Below, piece after piece: positions 11,860 through 25,156 of a DNA stretch of 64,000 nucleotides. Location of the stretch: positions 73,904,001-73,968,000 of the forward strand of contig OZ241830.1 of assembly GCA_965202585.1 (NCBI GenBank), given 5' to 3'. Source of the stretch: Thalia democratica. Lineage: Eukaryota. Below the pieces are notes generated by a model. It was not told the origin of the DNA. It saw only the letters and a program-made list of their open reading frames with translations, and searched no databases. How positions within the stretch are numbered: the first letter of the stretch is position 1; every line of letters begins with the position of its first letter. The translations under genes and the position numbers were made by a program.

Positions 11860-12800
11860 ACTTTAAGTATTAGTCATTTACAAACTTAACCTGCTAGTTA
11901 TGAAGTGGCACAAGAACTTTTAGCTAGAGTTCTATTATCTGATGAAGTTTTGCGGCAAATTGAACAGAGCACAGAAGAGCAATCCAAGTTTTCATACACA
12001 ACTTTCAATACACAGAGCGTAATATCTTTGATATCACTTTGAATACAAGAGCGTGAAGGTTTCCAACTTTGCAAACACCTATGCGTCAGTGGCGATTTAA
12101 TCAGAGTAAAGGCTTTATAGTAAATTATATTAAGTTTTAAGCACACCGCTTGAACCATCGGACCACAAGTTTCTGGTGGGCTGAGATTTTAAATAAAAAA
12201 CTCAAGTGTCAGTTTACCAGAAGATTGTAGTCCGATGATTTAAGTCGTGTGATGATAATTTAATATAAAATTAATATTTTTTCATCTACGGCAAAAAGTA
12301 GTCCAAACTTCTTTGCTGATGGCAATTGCAAATAAATGCTTTGACTTAGACTGAAATAGGATACATTATAAAATGAATAGATAATTCGACTTTAGTAAAA
12401 ACGTTCATATTTGCAACAGTAATGATCTTAACTAACTGTACGCAGAAATAATTTAAACCAGCTAAAAAAATGCAATTCATTTTACAGATTTTAAATAAAC
12501 TGTAAATCTAGTTAAAGACTTTTTTCAATATTTTTTCACACTATATGCCAAAGTACGATTGATTCTTGTTGGAACACACTTTTGCACAGCGAGTATTTTG
12601 CACGAGTTGAAAGCTATCTTAATTTAAACTTACACTTGCTCAACAACAAAGAGTTCAAATAAGATGTAACATCTATGCGAAACGTCTGCGACACTTACCA
12701 TACTTCAACATGCATTTTTGACTGACGTATAACTGATCTTTTATGAACTGGCACGCAAGGTGTTATTGGCATTCAGCTTATTCTTTTTAGCTTTTCATAA
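11860..12800 (+). pseudogene. Degenerate coding-like remnant, possibly YqaJ-domain transposon-derived
   Basis: Frame from 11890 reads PASYEVAQELLARVLLSDEVLRQIEQSTEEQSK (compare the IE..TR.QS motif); further broken protein-like frames to ~12800 with many stops. Confidence 0.3.
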
Positions 12801-13104
12801 TGCTATTAACTGACAATAATTTATGAAATCGTTGACTTCTTATTGCATTTAGTTCTTCCTTTCGAAAATACTGAGTTTGAACAAATCGAATTTTTAAAAC
12901 TAAATCTTGTAAGTGCTGAGTATTTTTTACTCATGAACTTATTGTATTTTCATCTTATATTCTCTAAAGTTCTTCTTATATTTATCATTACTTTAATATT
13001 TTGAACTATAAAATCTTGAAACAGCTGATCTTGAACTTTTTTATTCTTTATGTTGTTCTCATCCTATTCTTCATCTCCAAGCCTTTTACTCCTGACATCA
13101 ACTC

Positions 13105-16100
13105 CTAGCTCTTGTACGTCCTGATGCTCTGCTGTATCTTGGTCCTGCATATGGGGCACTGCTTGAGCTTGCCGGCGCACTGAACGCAAGTACATAAATG
13201 ACCGCACGGTATGAAGCACACGTCGGCTTCACTGTCCAGGCACACCTTGCACTTCATCTCGTCCGACAGCTGCTGCAACCTCTTCTCCGCTTCGTCCGCC
13301 GCCAACTTGATTGAAGGCGTTGGTTCTGTGAAAAAAATAAAAAACATATTTTACTTATTAATAAAAAAATATATACCTTGTTGCGCATATTAACATTGGT
13401 TGTTGAGAATATTAACAAAATTAATATGCGTTTCTTATGATAATTTAGGTGCAGTGAACATTTACGCGGTAGCTAGCTGACTTAATACTGAATATGAGCG
13501 GTTCGCTGTAATCAAGAAATAGTTTATGAAGAATTTAAAACTGAAAATGTTAAATAAATACAAAACCGATAAAGGCTTGAATGACAATGTTAATTCTGTA
13601 AGGTATGATGATTATATATTTATCACTAATTAAATAATAAAATAAATCTTGATGCGCAACTATTTAAGTGAAAAGTTAGTACGAGTACAAATATTGTGCA
13701 CTATTAATCAAAATTATAGTTAAACCAATATGTTAAAAATAAAACTAGTTGTGGTTCTATCAGCTTGTTTAAACAAAAACTTATGATCTTGCAAAGTATT
13801 TCAAAACTTTATGGATACTGAAAGTATATATACTTGCTTTAAATACCAAAACTAAGTTTAACATGTATGCAGATGTATTTAAATAATGAAACAGTACGTG
13901 ATAAACTGAACTGACCAGCAGTAGAAGTAGAAGGTTTGTTTTCGTTAATTTTTTCTTCTTCTAATTTTTCTTCCAAACTGCATGTGTCTTCGAATAATTT
14001 CGCCACAGAATCGTACTTTGCAGATCCGGTTTCTTCCATTTTTCTAAAGATGCAAACAAAAGTTAAAATTAAGTTTTGAGTGAAAAAAATTTCAGACTTT
14101 AAAATGTTTCTAAAAAGGCTGAATATTCACAAAAACGTCTTATTTCGAATTTAATTTTTAAATAAAACTGTATGTAACCTTACCAGGTTTCGTTAACTAT
14201 TTTTAAAAGATCAGATAAATTTTATTTAAAGACTGAAAGAAAAGTCTTAACAGTACTTCCTACTTACTTTGTTAACACTTTTTTGACGAGGTCTTCTGAA
14301 TACCCCATGTCAATAACGGATTTTGACACGTCATCGTTTAAAAACTCCAAAACTTGTTGTAACCTTTGTTGTTCTTCGGCCTGTGGAAAATTAATTTAAA
14401 CAAATTCAAAAGGGAAACAAACCAGCAAGTTACATTAGAAATAAAATAAAATTTAATATACAATATAATTTTTATTGTTTTACTTATTAATCGGTTGTTT
14501 AAAGAACAAGTTCGTGCAAAATGTTCTTTAATAGTTTTTTTTTTGGCAAGAAAAAAATCAAAAAACAGTACATAGTACCAGACAAACTATTCTGTAAATA
14601 ATGAAACAAACAAAATATTTTTATTTTCAGAAACAACGAGACTTACCCTGGGGTCGTGCACTTGGGGCGGCGGACTCGGCTGCCGCCTCATGTGGGGCCT
14701 GAGCCTGATTCCGTGGGGTCTCTGCGGCAACAGGTCCCGGATGCGGATCCTGGGGGGCCTCGTGAGCAAGTTGTTCTCAGGTCTGTTCAGGTTGGGGAAC
14801 ATGGCGGTTACCCTGGTAACGAATTCGATTCCCTTCCGTTGCAGCAAATACTCGCAACTGATTGGCGGAAAGTTTTTATTTTAAATTCAAAAATTTATTT
14901 TTGTAGTAAAAAAAAATATGTGGTAAATAACAACAACATTTTTGTAAAAATTATAAAAGTTATTACTCTAAACTTAAACAACTTATCAAAAGCTTATAAT
15001 ATAAAAACTCTCTAACTGAGGGCAATTAAATAACAATATATATTCAGATATACAAACTATTTCTTACTGTGGGAACTGGTAATCATACTTAACAAAGTTT
15101 AAAAAATTTATCAAAAGTACAAACAAACAATCAAAAACTCACTGTGGGAACCACTTGGCATGTTCCATCCATGGATCGTCATTTCTCTCCCAGTGCTGCA
15201 ATCCCCCGTTGCAATACCAACATTTGACCCTGTCCCCGTTGCCTAGATACCAGAACCCCGCATCCGCCACCTTTGAAATAAATCAACTAGGTTAGAAATT
15301 TAAATTTATTGATTCGCGGAATTTTTTTAAATAAAATTATTGTCTTACTAAGTTAATCAAATAATTTAATCTTCAGTTACATTAATCTATAATTGAGTTA
15401 AATAATATATAATTGGATTCAAATAAAGTTGAAACAACTATATAAGTACAGAATACAAATTTTTATAGTTTAAAAATAGGTAAAACAGTTTTTATGATAA
15501 TGTATTGTAACTAGTGGTCCAATAGATCCAACTTAAAAAACTAAAAACTAGAATGTAAACCCACCTCACGCAATCCGGCGGTCAGACCATTTTCGTTCCA
15601 ACTTTCAATGTTAGTTTCGAAGGTTTGAAGGCGGGATTCGAGTTGGCGCATTTCCGCATGGTGGGGCTCGTTGCAAGGAAACATTTCTATTTGGTTTGCC
15701 TGTGGGATAGATATTAAAAGTTTTATTATGTAAAAACATAGACCTTTAACTATTGGTTAAATTGAACCAGGTTTGTCTGTAGAAAATAAACTGTTATAAT
15801 AAGTTATATGATATAAAAATGTATAAAACATTTATTATAATTATTACCAGGAAAATAATTAATACATTTAATGTGAAAACAATATTCAAATACTTTAAAT
15901 AAAACTAATTAACTTTAAAGGTTTCTATTAAGTTTGTCTATGAAGTAATATCTATTTAAAATGTCTTTAAAAATTCTAGAGAGCAATTATTGTATTTATG
16001 TATACGGACACAACGAAAAGTGGTTGAATTATTTAAGTTATTCTTTTTTTTTGTTTGAGTTCTTGTACATAATTATAATGTACATTTTCATTTTATATAT

Positions 16101-19100
16101 ATTTTTGTAAAATACAAAACTTACTATTTGTTCATCGGTGAAAGTAATTTCATTGACAAAATTATGGATGACATTTCTACTGTCCGTTCCATTGGCCATT
16201 CTGCAGATTAAATAAAAAATTTAACTTTTATGGTATGTAGTATATAAACACTAAATAGTTTAACTTTTAAATAGGTATTTGTTAAAACAAGATTGATTTA
16301 ATCTTTGATTGCGAGTTTACCAAACACGCTTGAGATACTTTTAAAGAAAACTTTTAAACAACTCAACAAAAAAAAACAGTTAAAGAAATGGTCAATATAT
16401 CGATGCTAATTTTAAATTAAATAACTTAAAAAATTGAAATAATAAACAATGTAAATATTTTAAATCAAAACTAGATTTTGTTGAACAAATAAAACAAACT
16501 GGCAGTTGGGGAAATGGTCGAGGTGTTCATGTTGGGCTGAGTCTCCTTCCGACCAACTCCTCAGAACTCCCTGGCAACTGAAACACTGCACCCTGTCGGA
16601 ATCCCCCAAGTAGAAAAAGCCAGAATGGGCGAGTTCGTATTTGGAAACGACGTTGTCGTCCCAAGTACCTTGAGTGAATGAAGTGCTGTAAAAATTATAT
16701 AATTAAATTTTGAACTATTTAAACAACTGGTTAAATATTTGGCTAACAATTTTATATTAAACTGTAAGATTTTTAAAGTGTGGGTAATAAAAAAGTTGTG
16801 GTAAATGGTTTTTAGGTGAAAATTTGAACTATGTAAAATTAAACTTTATTCAAGTTCCCTAGGTGAATGGCGATCTCTTTAAATGTGGGGTGGTGAAAAA
16901 TTAACTTTTAAACAGTAAAATATAAAAACTATGCTTAAAACATTCCTCAAGATAGTTTTCAAACACTGATTATATGTGCAATTTAAAGTGAAAAAAATAA
17001 AATAAAAAGTGAAGGTCTTGAAATATGAATCGTGAGGTCATAGTGAATAGCAAAGAACTTCACAATATATATGATAAGCTGATGCTATTTGCGTTATGAA
17101 TTAAACTTAGCATGTTGATTAAAATTTCACTTGTTATAGTCTAATTCCAATTTTTAATTAAACAGAATAAACTTGTTTTAAAGCTACGAATTTAAAATTA
17201 AGTTTAATTTGAAAGAAAATCACAAAACATATAACATTTCAACAAGACATGTAAGTTACGTTCATATAACTCAAAGATTAATCTGAAAAGTTATGAGTTT
17301 AACTTTAAACATTTACTATTAAATAAAGATTAACCAAGTCTAGCGTACAACTATTGATATTAATAAAAGTAAAAATTTCAAGAAAGAAAAATATCCTATT
17401 ATTTTTAAAATAAATTATTAAATTAAGCATAATAGTTGTAGCAGTTGTGGTAAAATTATTTGTTTTTAGCTTTTAAATAACAAATTTTAAGAATAATTTT
17501 AAGGTATATACACATCGTTGGTAAAGTTTTAAAAACTAAGACTTACTGAATTTTAAATAAAGTAGAAACTTAACACAATATTTACAGAGTTGAAAATGTT
17601 ATTCAAGTTAATATTTACTTAAAACGTACTTTAGCCTTGTACAAACATTAGCTTTATTGTTGCCATAGTCGAAGTTAATGAATAACGAACTAAAACCACA
17701 ATACGTGTTTTAAATGGATTGCTGTGTATTATGTTTAACAATAAAGAAGCTTTTTAATGTTTAACCACCATTGGAAAAATTTCTATAGATTAATAATTCT
17801 TTGTTGTTTTTGAATTAAGGTAAACGTTGATTAGAATAAAAAAACATCCAATTTTACATAAAGAAAATTTCAAATTATATAAATATAAAAATTGACTTAT
17901 TTCAAAAAAAATATTTAAATAAAGTTAACTGAAACATAAGAATCAAATATTAGTTTTAAGAATTATAATTAAGTCATAAAATTATTAAAAACTACAAAAA
18001 AAACTTTATTAATATAATTAATTTAAAGCAATGGCTTTAAAAATTAATACAGTAAAAAATTGATAGCTTATATAACCATTTGTTAATACAATAGTATTTA
18101 TTAATAATTAATACACCGATCGACTTTACAGCCTTCAAGAGATTTTATCATATAAAGTTGTTAGAATATATGCAGGTTACTAATCCTTGAAAAATCATAC
18201 GAAAAACACATATACATATAACATCAAAAAATACAATATCATATGATTTTTACTTCAAACACGTGACCAGGATAGTGCAATAAACTTTTTGTTTTGAAGC
18301 AGTGACTTACTTGTTCAAACACAGCAAATATTACAAAACAAAGCAAGCTTTTGTACATTTATTAAAAATCAAAAACCAAATTGTTTACTTGCTTTATATA
18401 TGACTTGAATTATTTTTTTGAATATACTTTTGCAGTTTGTTTTAGTATATTAAAAATACAATTGAATGTTTTATGACACTACAGCTGAGAAAAATATGAT
18501 TTTAATTATAAACAGCAAGACAAACCAAAAGTTGTTAAATTGAAATAAAAATTAAATAACATTGAGTATTAACTTTTTGTACACATGGATAAGCAGAATT
18601 AGTACATTTTAAAATTAGTAAATCAATTTTTCTCTACTTAGGAAAAAAATAATTTGATTTATATAACAGTATCTTAATTTAATCGATAGGTGTGCTAATA
18701 TTTTGTCATTGAATTCTATTCTTTTAAACTCTAGAATTAAAAAAAAAACTATACTGGAGTAGATTAGTTCATTAATTAATTTAATTTTACTATTATAATA
18801 ACCATAAATACCTTCAAATAAAGAAAAAAAAATACACATTTTAATATACACATATAACTAACATTCTATCTTGTTCTTTACGAAGATCTAAGTTTTGCAA
18901 AATTCTTTTATGTTGCAAATTATTACATTGTGCGAGGCGAAAATTCTGAAGAAAAATATTTTAAAGCTATTTATTTCAAAAAACAGTTGTTTAAATTACT
19001 TTAGTATAACAAAAGGTATTAAACTAAACTTATGTCGATTTTAAATGCACTTATTCTAGCACATAAAGTATAAATGTACAGTTTACTATAGTTGTGACTA

Positions 19101-22100
19101 TTTAAAAACTTGAATTTAAGATTAAAAAAAAACAACAACTTTCATTATGATTTAATATATTGTGAAATAAACACAGAGCCTATTGACACGAGAAAAATCA
19201 ATAAGCTACTTCCTCCTAGACGAACAACGCCCGAAAACAAGTTTAAACTTTGTTTAGTTTAAACTAAAGATTGTTTGAAACTTTTACATCATTTAAAAAT
19301 TCCCCTTGAAAAACAACCTTCAAAAATATACCCAAGAAAAAAAAAGCTTTTAAGCTCAAAACAAATAGAACAGGGTTAGTCTTACAATTAGTTTAAGAAT
19401 GATGAATATTTGTTTATGATTTTGCAGTAATTCAATCTTAATCATCAGTTTCTAATAAAATTACAGACGCATATAAAATATTTGTTCAAGTCAAACAAAG
19501 CGTATCCGTCATAGGATATGGATATGTAATAAAATATTTGAATAAACGTAGCTTTTAAATCCATTTTTTTATATCAAAACCTTTTAAAAATAGGAAAAAA
19601 TTCTCTTAAACTACCGATTTGACATTTTATTTATTTTGAACTTTTATAATTTTTCTTCTGTCCATGTAAATTAAAACAGACTTATTTTTAAATTCACTTG
19701 TTTAAGCAAAAAGTTTACAGAAACAAATATTATTTACAGACTTCTTTTTAAACTTTTAAAATAACAACTACTTTCATCAGGATGTAATATATTGTGAGGA
19801 AAAACAAAATTTATTGACACAAGAAATAATCAATAAAACTTTTTCTCTTTTGAAAAACTACGCCTGTTGCACAAACAAGTTTAAACTTTAACATTACTTT
19901 ACAGTTTTTATCTTGAAAAATACCCTTTTGAAAATACCCTTTAAAAATTTCATCGGAGAAATAAAAGCTTTTAAGGTTAAAGAACCAATAAAGTAAGGTT
20001 AGTCTTACATTTATTTTCAAAGTGTCAAGTATTTATTTTATGACCTTGCACTATTATTACTATATTAATCACCACATTTCTCAGAAAACTACTAACGCAT
20101 AACATATGCTTTGTATTCAATTCAAACATGGAATTTTTAAATGTCATAAGGTACAGATAACACAGAAAATACTATTTCACGTAACTTTGAAATCATGACC
20201 TTAAAATAAAAAATAAAAGGAACTTATTAAAATGAATCATATTTTTTATATAATTGAAAGTTAAAATGTTTTTATCTTAATAAAAATATATAAATGTCAT
20301 TATGAAGTTTTTAAAGCAAAGATAGTTATAACTTTTGTAAACAAATAATAGTGTAAAACTTTTAATGACATACTTTAAATAAAACTTTTTTTAATAACAA
20401 ATACAACTTTTAAATAAAAATTGTTATTGATATGTTTAAATTTTTATGCTTAAATAGATTTCTCATGGAAAGATAAAACTAATAAAAAAAAAAATATTAT
20501 TTTTAAAAAGTATTTATTTTTGACACCATGTAAGCAAACTACTTGAATTTCTCTCAATTAAATTTCTTTAAAATCTAAAATACTTAAAACATTTTAGTTA
20601 TTTATTTGGTCATAAGTTGATTTTTTCTCTTTTAGTTTGGTCACTTAGTATTCACTAAGGAATGCAAAGGTTTATTAGGTAGAATAAACTTCATTGATTT
20701 TTAACTTTTGAGAGAGTTTTAAACACTCATTACAAATAACTAAAAAATACTAACTTTTATTTATGCTAAAAAATATCATAACAGTGACTATATATCATAT
20801 ATAGTATTATAGCAATACTATAAAAAAAACTTGTAATTACACTTTAATATATAAACTTTTACTAAATAATAAAGTTAAAACAAACCGGTAAGCATCTTTG
20901 CAGTCTTGTTTGCGGGGGTGCAGTAAATGTAGCTGTTTGGTACTGTCTGTTGTCTGTTGGTAAAAATTATTAAAATTGCTATATTAGTCGAAAAGTTGAC
21001 AGTGAACAATTTCATTGCTAATTGAAAAACTAAAAATTGTAGCATAATTTACTACTTTTGTTCAGTAGTTTTTTTTTTTGAAAAATTGAACACTTGAAAT
21101 TTTCAGAACAATTATCTATAAACCTTTAAAACAAGATTATTTTTTCATTAAAAGACTACTAGAGAAATAGTTTAAAATAAATAGAAATTTATAAGTACTT
21201 AAATTTTTTACAAAACTATTCGATATCAATGATAACTCAAACTAACTAGACGATTCAGAGTTAGTCAAAACATGACCTGCTGATGCCCTTGATGCATTAT
21301 TGTTTGGCATCAATTGTGTGTCTACGTTGTTCTGAAATATAATTAATAAAAATTAAAAACATGCTGTTTAACTAACTAAGAATAACACAAAGTTTTTAGA
21401 GGTAAAAAGAGTTAAATCAAAATGGTGACTACATAAACTTAAGTTAAAAAAAACAAATATGATTTACATTAGTTCAACTGAAAGTGTTCAATAAAGTTAG
21501 AAAAAAGTAACATAACAAGTTTAAAAATAGCTAAGAAAAATAATCAAAACAAAAACTCACTCTTGCTTCTCTGTTTGAAGGTGAACTTCCTAAAAATATT
21601 TAAGTACTGTTTAATAATAAACTAATCTCTAGATATTTGAATAAAGAACTGGCTTATAAGTAAGCAGCCTTGTCAGTTGAACAAACTAGTTTTCTTATTT
21701 TAAACAAGCATGTGCGTTTATAGAAAAAGGTAAGTCATTGGAGTTTCTCAATTGAAAATTTTACACATTGCTAAAAAATTCTTGGAATTACGACATTACA
21801 AATATTTTTTTAAATATTACACCAAGATACAAAGTTTATCTAAAAACAAAGTAAATAAGAGTTTATGGTTAACTTTATGGGGTAGTAAACTAATTTGTTG
21901 AAAGAAATTTTCAAAACAAGTTATATAAACACAGCTAATACAATTACAGAAATAAAAATGTTTGTGACGTATGTATTATTTTCAAAACTTAAACAAATAG
22001 TTATTTAATAAAACTTTATGATGCTTCTTGTAAAAGAAAATGTATAAATGATGAAAACATTGCATCAAAACATACAAATTTATCAAAAACAATACACCAT

Positions 22101-25100
22101 TATCAACAAATATAGGGAAAAATTACAAAAGTTATTTTAAATATAGAACACTTTAGTTTGATTTTTTTGAGTATTAAACTTTTATTTATTCTAATTTTTT
22201 ATTAATCATTATACATTAATGAAATATGTGTGTAAACAAAAAACAACTGTGTTGTCTTAATTCTAAAAGTAGAAACAGATTTTAATAAAATAACTCATAT
22301 AAAATCAATAAAATGAGTAGCATTTTCTATTCATAAACAACTATAGACAATGTTTCATTTTAACTATACCAAAAGGGCAGTATACATTATTTTTCACTAA
22401 AATATAACTAACTTTGTTGTGGTGAACTGCCTCTTGCAACCAAAGCACAATCGTTTCTGTGGTACCTGGGTGACTTTGGGTTGTCATTTGGCTGCCAATT
22501 TTCCACACATAAATTACAGCTGTATTTTTTATTTCTATATTAAAATGTTAATGTTTGAGTTGTATGCATTTCGTTACTTATGTAATTACTTATGCATTTT
22601 GTTACTTGAATAAGAATGGAGAACATAATACTCAAACATAGTTAAAAAGTTTTTCAAAAAGAGAAAAATATAAATGTTTCTTCATTAAATCCTTTTTTAT
22701 AAAAGTAGAAACTAAGTTTAATTGCTGGGTAAATTTCTATTGAAGGTATAACTTTATTTAGAGTAACATATTTTTATCAGCTAAACAGGTTTTGCAGTTT
22801 CAAACAAAAAACATAAAAAATTACTTCAATTAAAAATTTTAAACCTTAAAAATATGGAACATATCTCACCTGAAACACTTAACCCTGTCCTTATACCCAG
22901 TATAGTAGAATCCGGCTGCAGCAAGCAACTTCACGCTGATGACTCTCTGCAGTGGTGACTTTATGTAAGTTGAAAGTCTGTACTTCTCATTAGCGACATC
23001 ACCTGGAGGGATGTACACACTTTTCTGGCCTGGTGGGTCTCTTTGTCTGTTTTTTTTTGATTAATTATACAATAGTTTCAGTATGACATGTAATCACACT
23101 GGCATAAAAACGAAAAATAAAGTATTTATAAAACATATTCTAGCTTGATTCTGTGATGAAGTTAAAATAGTTTAAAAATTTAAGTTTTACAATCTTAATT
23201 TCTTAATTAAATTTTATAAGTATGTTTTGTAAAAGATAGTTACCAAATCTAAAAATGATATGGAAGAGTATGTAAAAAAAAAAGCTATAAAAGTACTTGT
23301 TTGATACATCTTATGAAATGTTAACATTACAAAGCCTCACAAGACAAAAATGTTAATAACCTTTACCAAAGTCATATAAAAAACAAACCTGTCATAAATC
23401 TGACCATCAGACTGAATATCCCCTTGAGAGCCGGGGAACCTTGACTGTTAAACACAAAATAATTAAATTTAAAGTTAATATTTCAAACATCTAATAATTT
23501 TGTTGGTTTATTTTCCTAAAAAATTAAAAACAGAAAATATTTTACAGTAGCAAATGAGTAATCAGGGGTCGTGCGCGAAATCTTTTTTCATTTAGCCTGA
23601 CTGAGACCAATTTAGCCTGAAATTTTTTCAAAGTAAGGAAAATTCCCTTTAGAAGTCATTTTAGGTATTGTGGAGGCCTTGATTAGTACTACTATAGTCT
23701 CCGACTTCAACCAGCTTTATCTCAAAAATATTTTGAGCTTCAAAAGTATGCAGAAAGCAACTCATAGCTTAGTTACAACACAATAAAATAAGACTAAATT
23801 GTTAAAAATGTGATTTTACCCCCATCCCCTATACCCTTAACATAACAAATTCAGTGATAAGTTTTAAAATAAATGTTATATTTAATCTATTACTAGTGTA
23901 GAAACTTAATGTATATTACTAAACACAATTGTTCAAATTAATTAAGCACTAAGTAAAAATATTATAAGCAGAAGATCTATAATAAAACAACGTGCATTGT
24001 CGTGTGTTATTAACATTTAAAATGAAACGCTTACACAAGTATTAAATAATCAAAATATGTTTATTATAGTATTTTGACTATTACTTAAAATTGATACATA
24101 ACATACAGTGATTATTGATGTCGTATTAGATTTAAAAAGCTTACACTTTAATTTGAAAAAAGTTTAAAATTTTGTTCTTGTAAAGAAAAATGAATTGTAT
24201 CTAAAATTTAAACTCCCATAAAACCTAGTACTTATATCTTAAAGCTAAGTTTTAGTGTTGTGAATATCTCCAATAACTTTAAACAAACAGTAAAATATAT
24301 GAACAAATTGCTAAGAGTTTTAATCTAAAAAGTATTGGTATAAAGCCTTTAAATTTGAAATTAAAACAGTTCAACCAACTAAGCTCTGAAAAACATAGCT
24401 AATGCAAACAAATTCAAACAAACAGATAAGTTGTTGAACTATACTGTAATATTTAAATTGTATTTGTTTATGAATTTTTATAATTATGACATATATAATC
24501 TACTCAAAACAAAATAATGAAGGTTCTTAAAAAAATTTAAGGTTTTAAGCATTTATTTTTACAAATACTGACTGATTTTGTCTTTAATAACTATATCTTT
24601 ATTTAGAAATAAAAACAATTCAAAGAAAATTCAAAGAATCTTTTTTTCAGTAATTAAGATATGAAAAATTTTAAATATAAGAATTAAACATATGTATTGA
24701 ATGTATAGAATTTCAATTTAATCATAAAAAATTTCTCAATTTTTTTTTAATCAAAGATTTTCAAGCATTTGAACTGAAAAAAACTGAGATTCTCAAACTT
24801 TTAAATAAAAAAACTGATTTAGCCTGACGTTTTTCAACTTTTTTCAAAAAAACTGATTTAGCCTGACGCGCACGAACCCTGGTAATTATTGATTAACATT
24901 ATTTTTAAAATTTTTATTAATATTTTATTTAAACTTATCAGTAAACATAAGTAAACAATACTACGTTTTATTCAAATAAATATTTTTATACTGTGCAAAA
25001 ATTGTAAAATTGTAGTTAAAATTGAACTTAAAAAGGTCTATTTGTTAATAAAAGTTTATGAATTTTATAAAACTTTAATTAAGAAAGCTTCTGTATTTAA

Positions 25101-25156
25101 TTAATAAAAAAATTGTAAACATATTTTACCTGATTTGGAGTTCTTCCAACTTCCAT
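13105..25156 (-). CDS. Inhibitor of apoptosis protein, XIAP-like architecture (BIR1-BIR2-BIR3-UBA-RING), ~599 aa, 16 coding exons
   Basis: Exons (minus): 25156-25130, 23444-23389, 23046-22870, 22519-22413, 21589-21561, 21331-21247, 20946-20886, 17689-17630, 16685-16500, 16200-16125, 15699-15565, 15270-15143, 14857-14647, 14380-14268, 14043-13916, 13325-13105. All introns are GT-AG, phases match, total 1800 nt. BIR1 [28 protein letters not shown]; BIR2 [30 protein letters not shown]; BIR3 [41 protein letters not shown]; UBA ([12 protein letters not shown]); [25 protein letters not shown]. In-frame TAG upstream of the ATG. Linker exons 20946-20886 and 17689-17630 are least certain. Confidence 0.9.
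19130..20130. repeat. Diverged ~370-bp direct duplication in IAP intron (19130-19500 vs 19760-20130)
   Basis: Shared acaacttt/ctttcat, tattgacac.agaaa.atcaataa, acaagtttaaacttt, ggttagtcttaca blocks. Confidence 0.7.
23563..24881. mobile_element. 1.3-kb non-autonomous TIR DNA transposon (hAT-like CAG termini) in IAP intron, 5-bp TSD
   Basis: TIRs caggggtcgtgcgcg / cgcgcacgaaccctg (14/15); flanks gtaat at 23558-62 and 24882-86; subterminal tttagcctga twice at each end. Confidence 0.85.

Noticed and set aside
11939-11970. CTGATGA followed by a weak hairpin
   Set aside because: Followed by GAAC, not GAAA, with no stem III/UH or stem I. Other CUGAUGA hits (22937, 19442, 19775, 41675, 60319) also lack the rest of the core.
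14656-15015. Plus-strand ORFs 14656-15015, 14690-14884, 13211-13393 and 22419-22613
   Set aside because: Antisense shadows of GC-rich IAP exons.
18310-18358. Minus-strand [16 protein letters not shown]|gtaagt signal-peptide-like segment in an IAP intron
   Set aside because: Phase 0 does not fit the next IAP exon and no other exons were found; unsupported.
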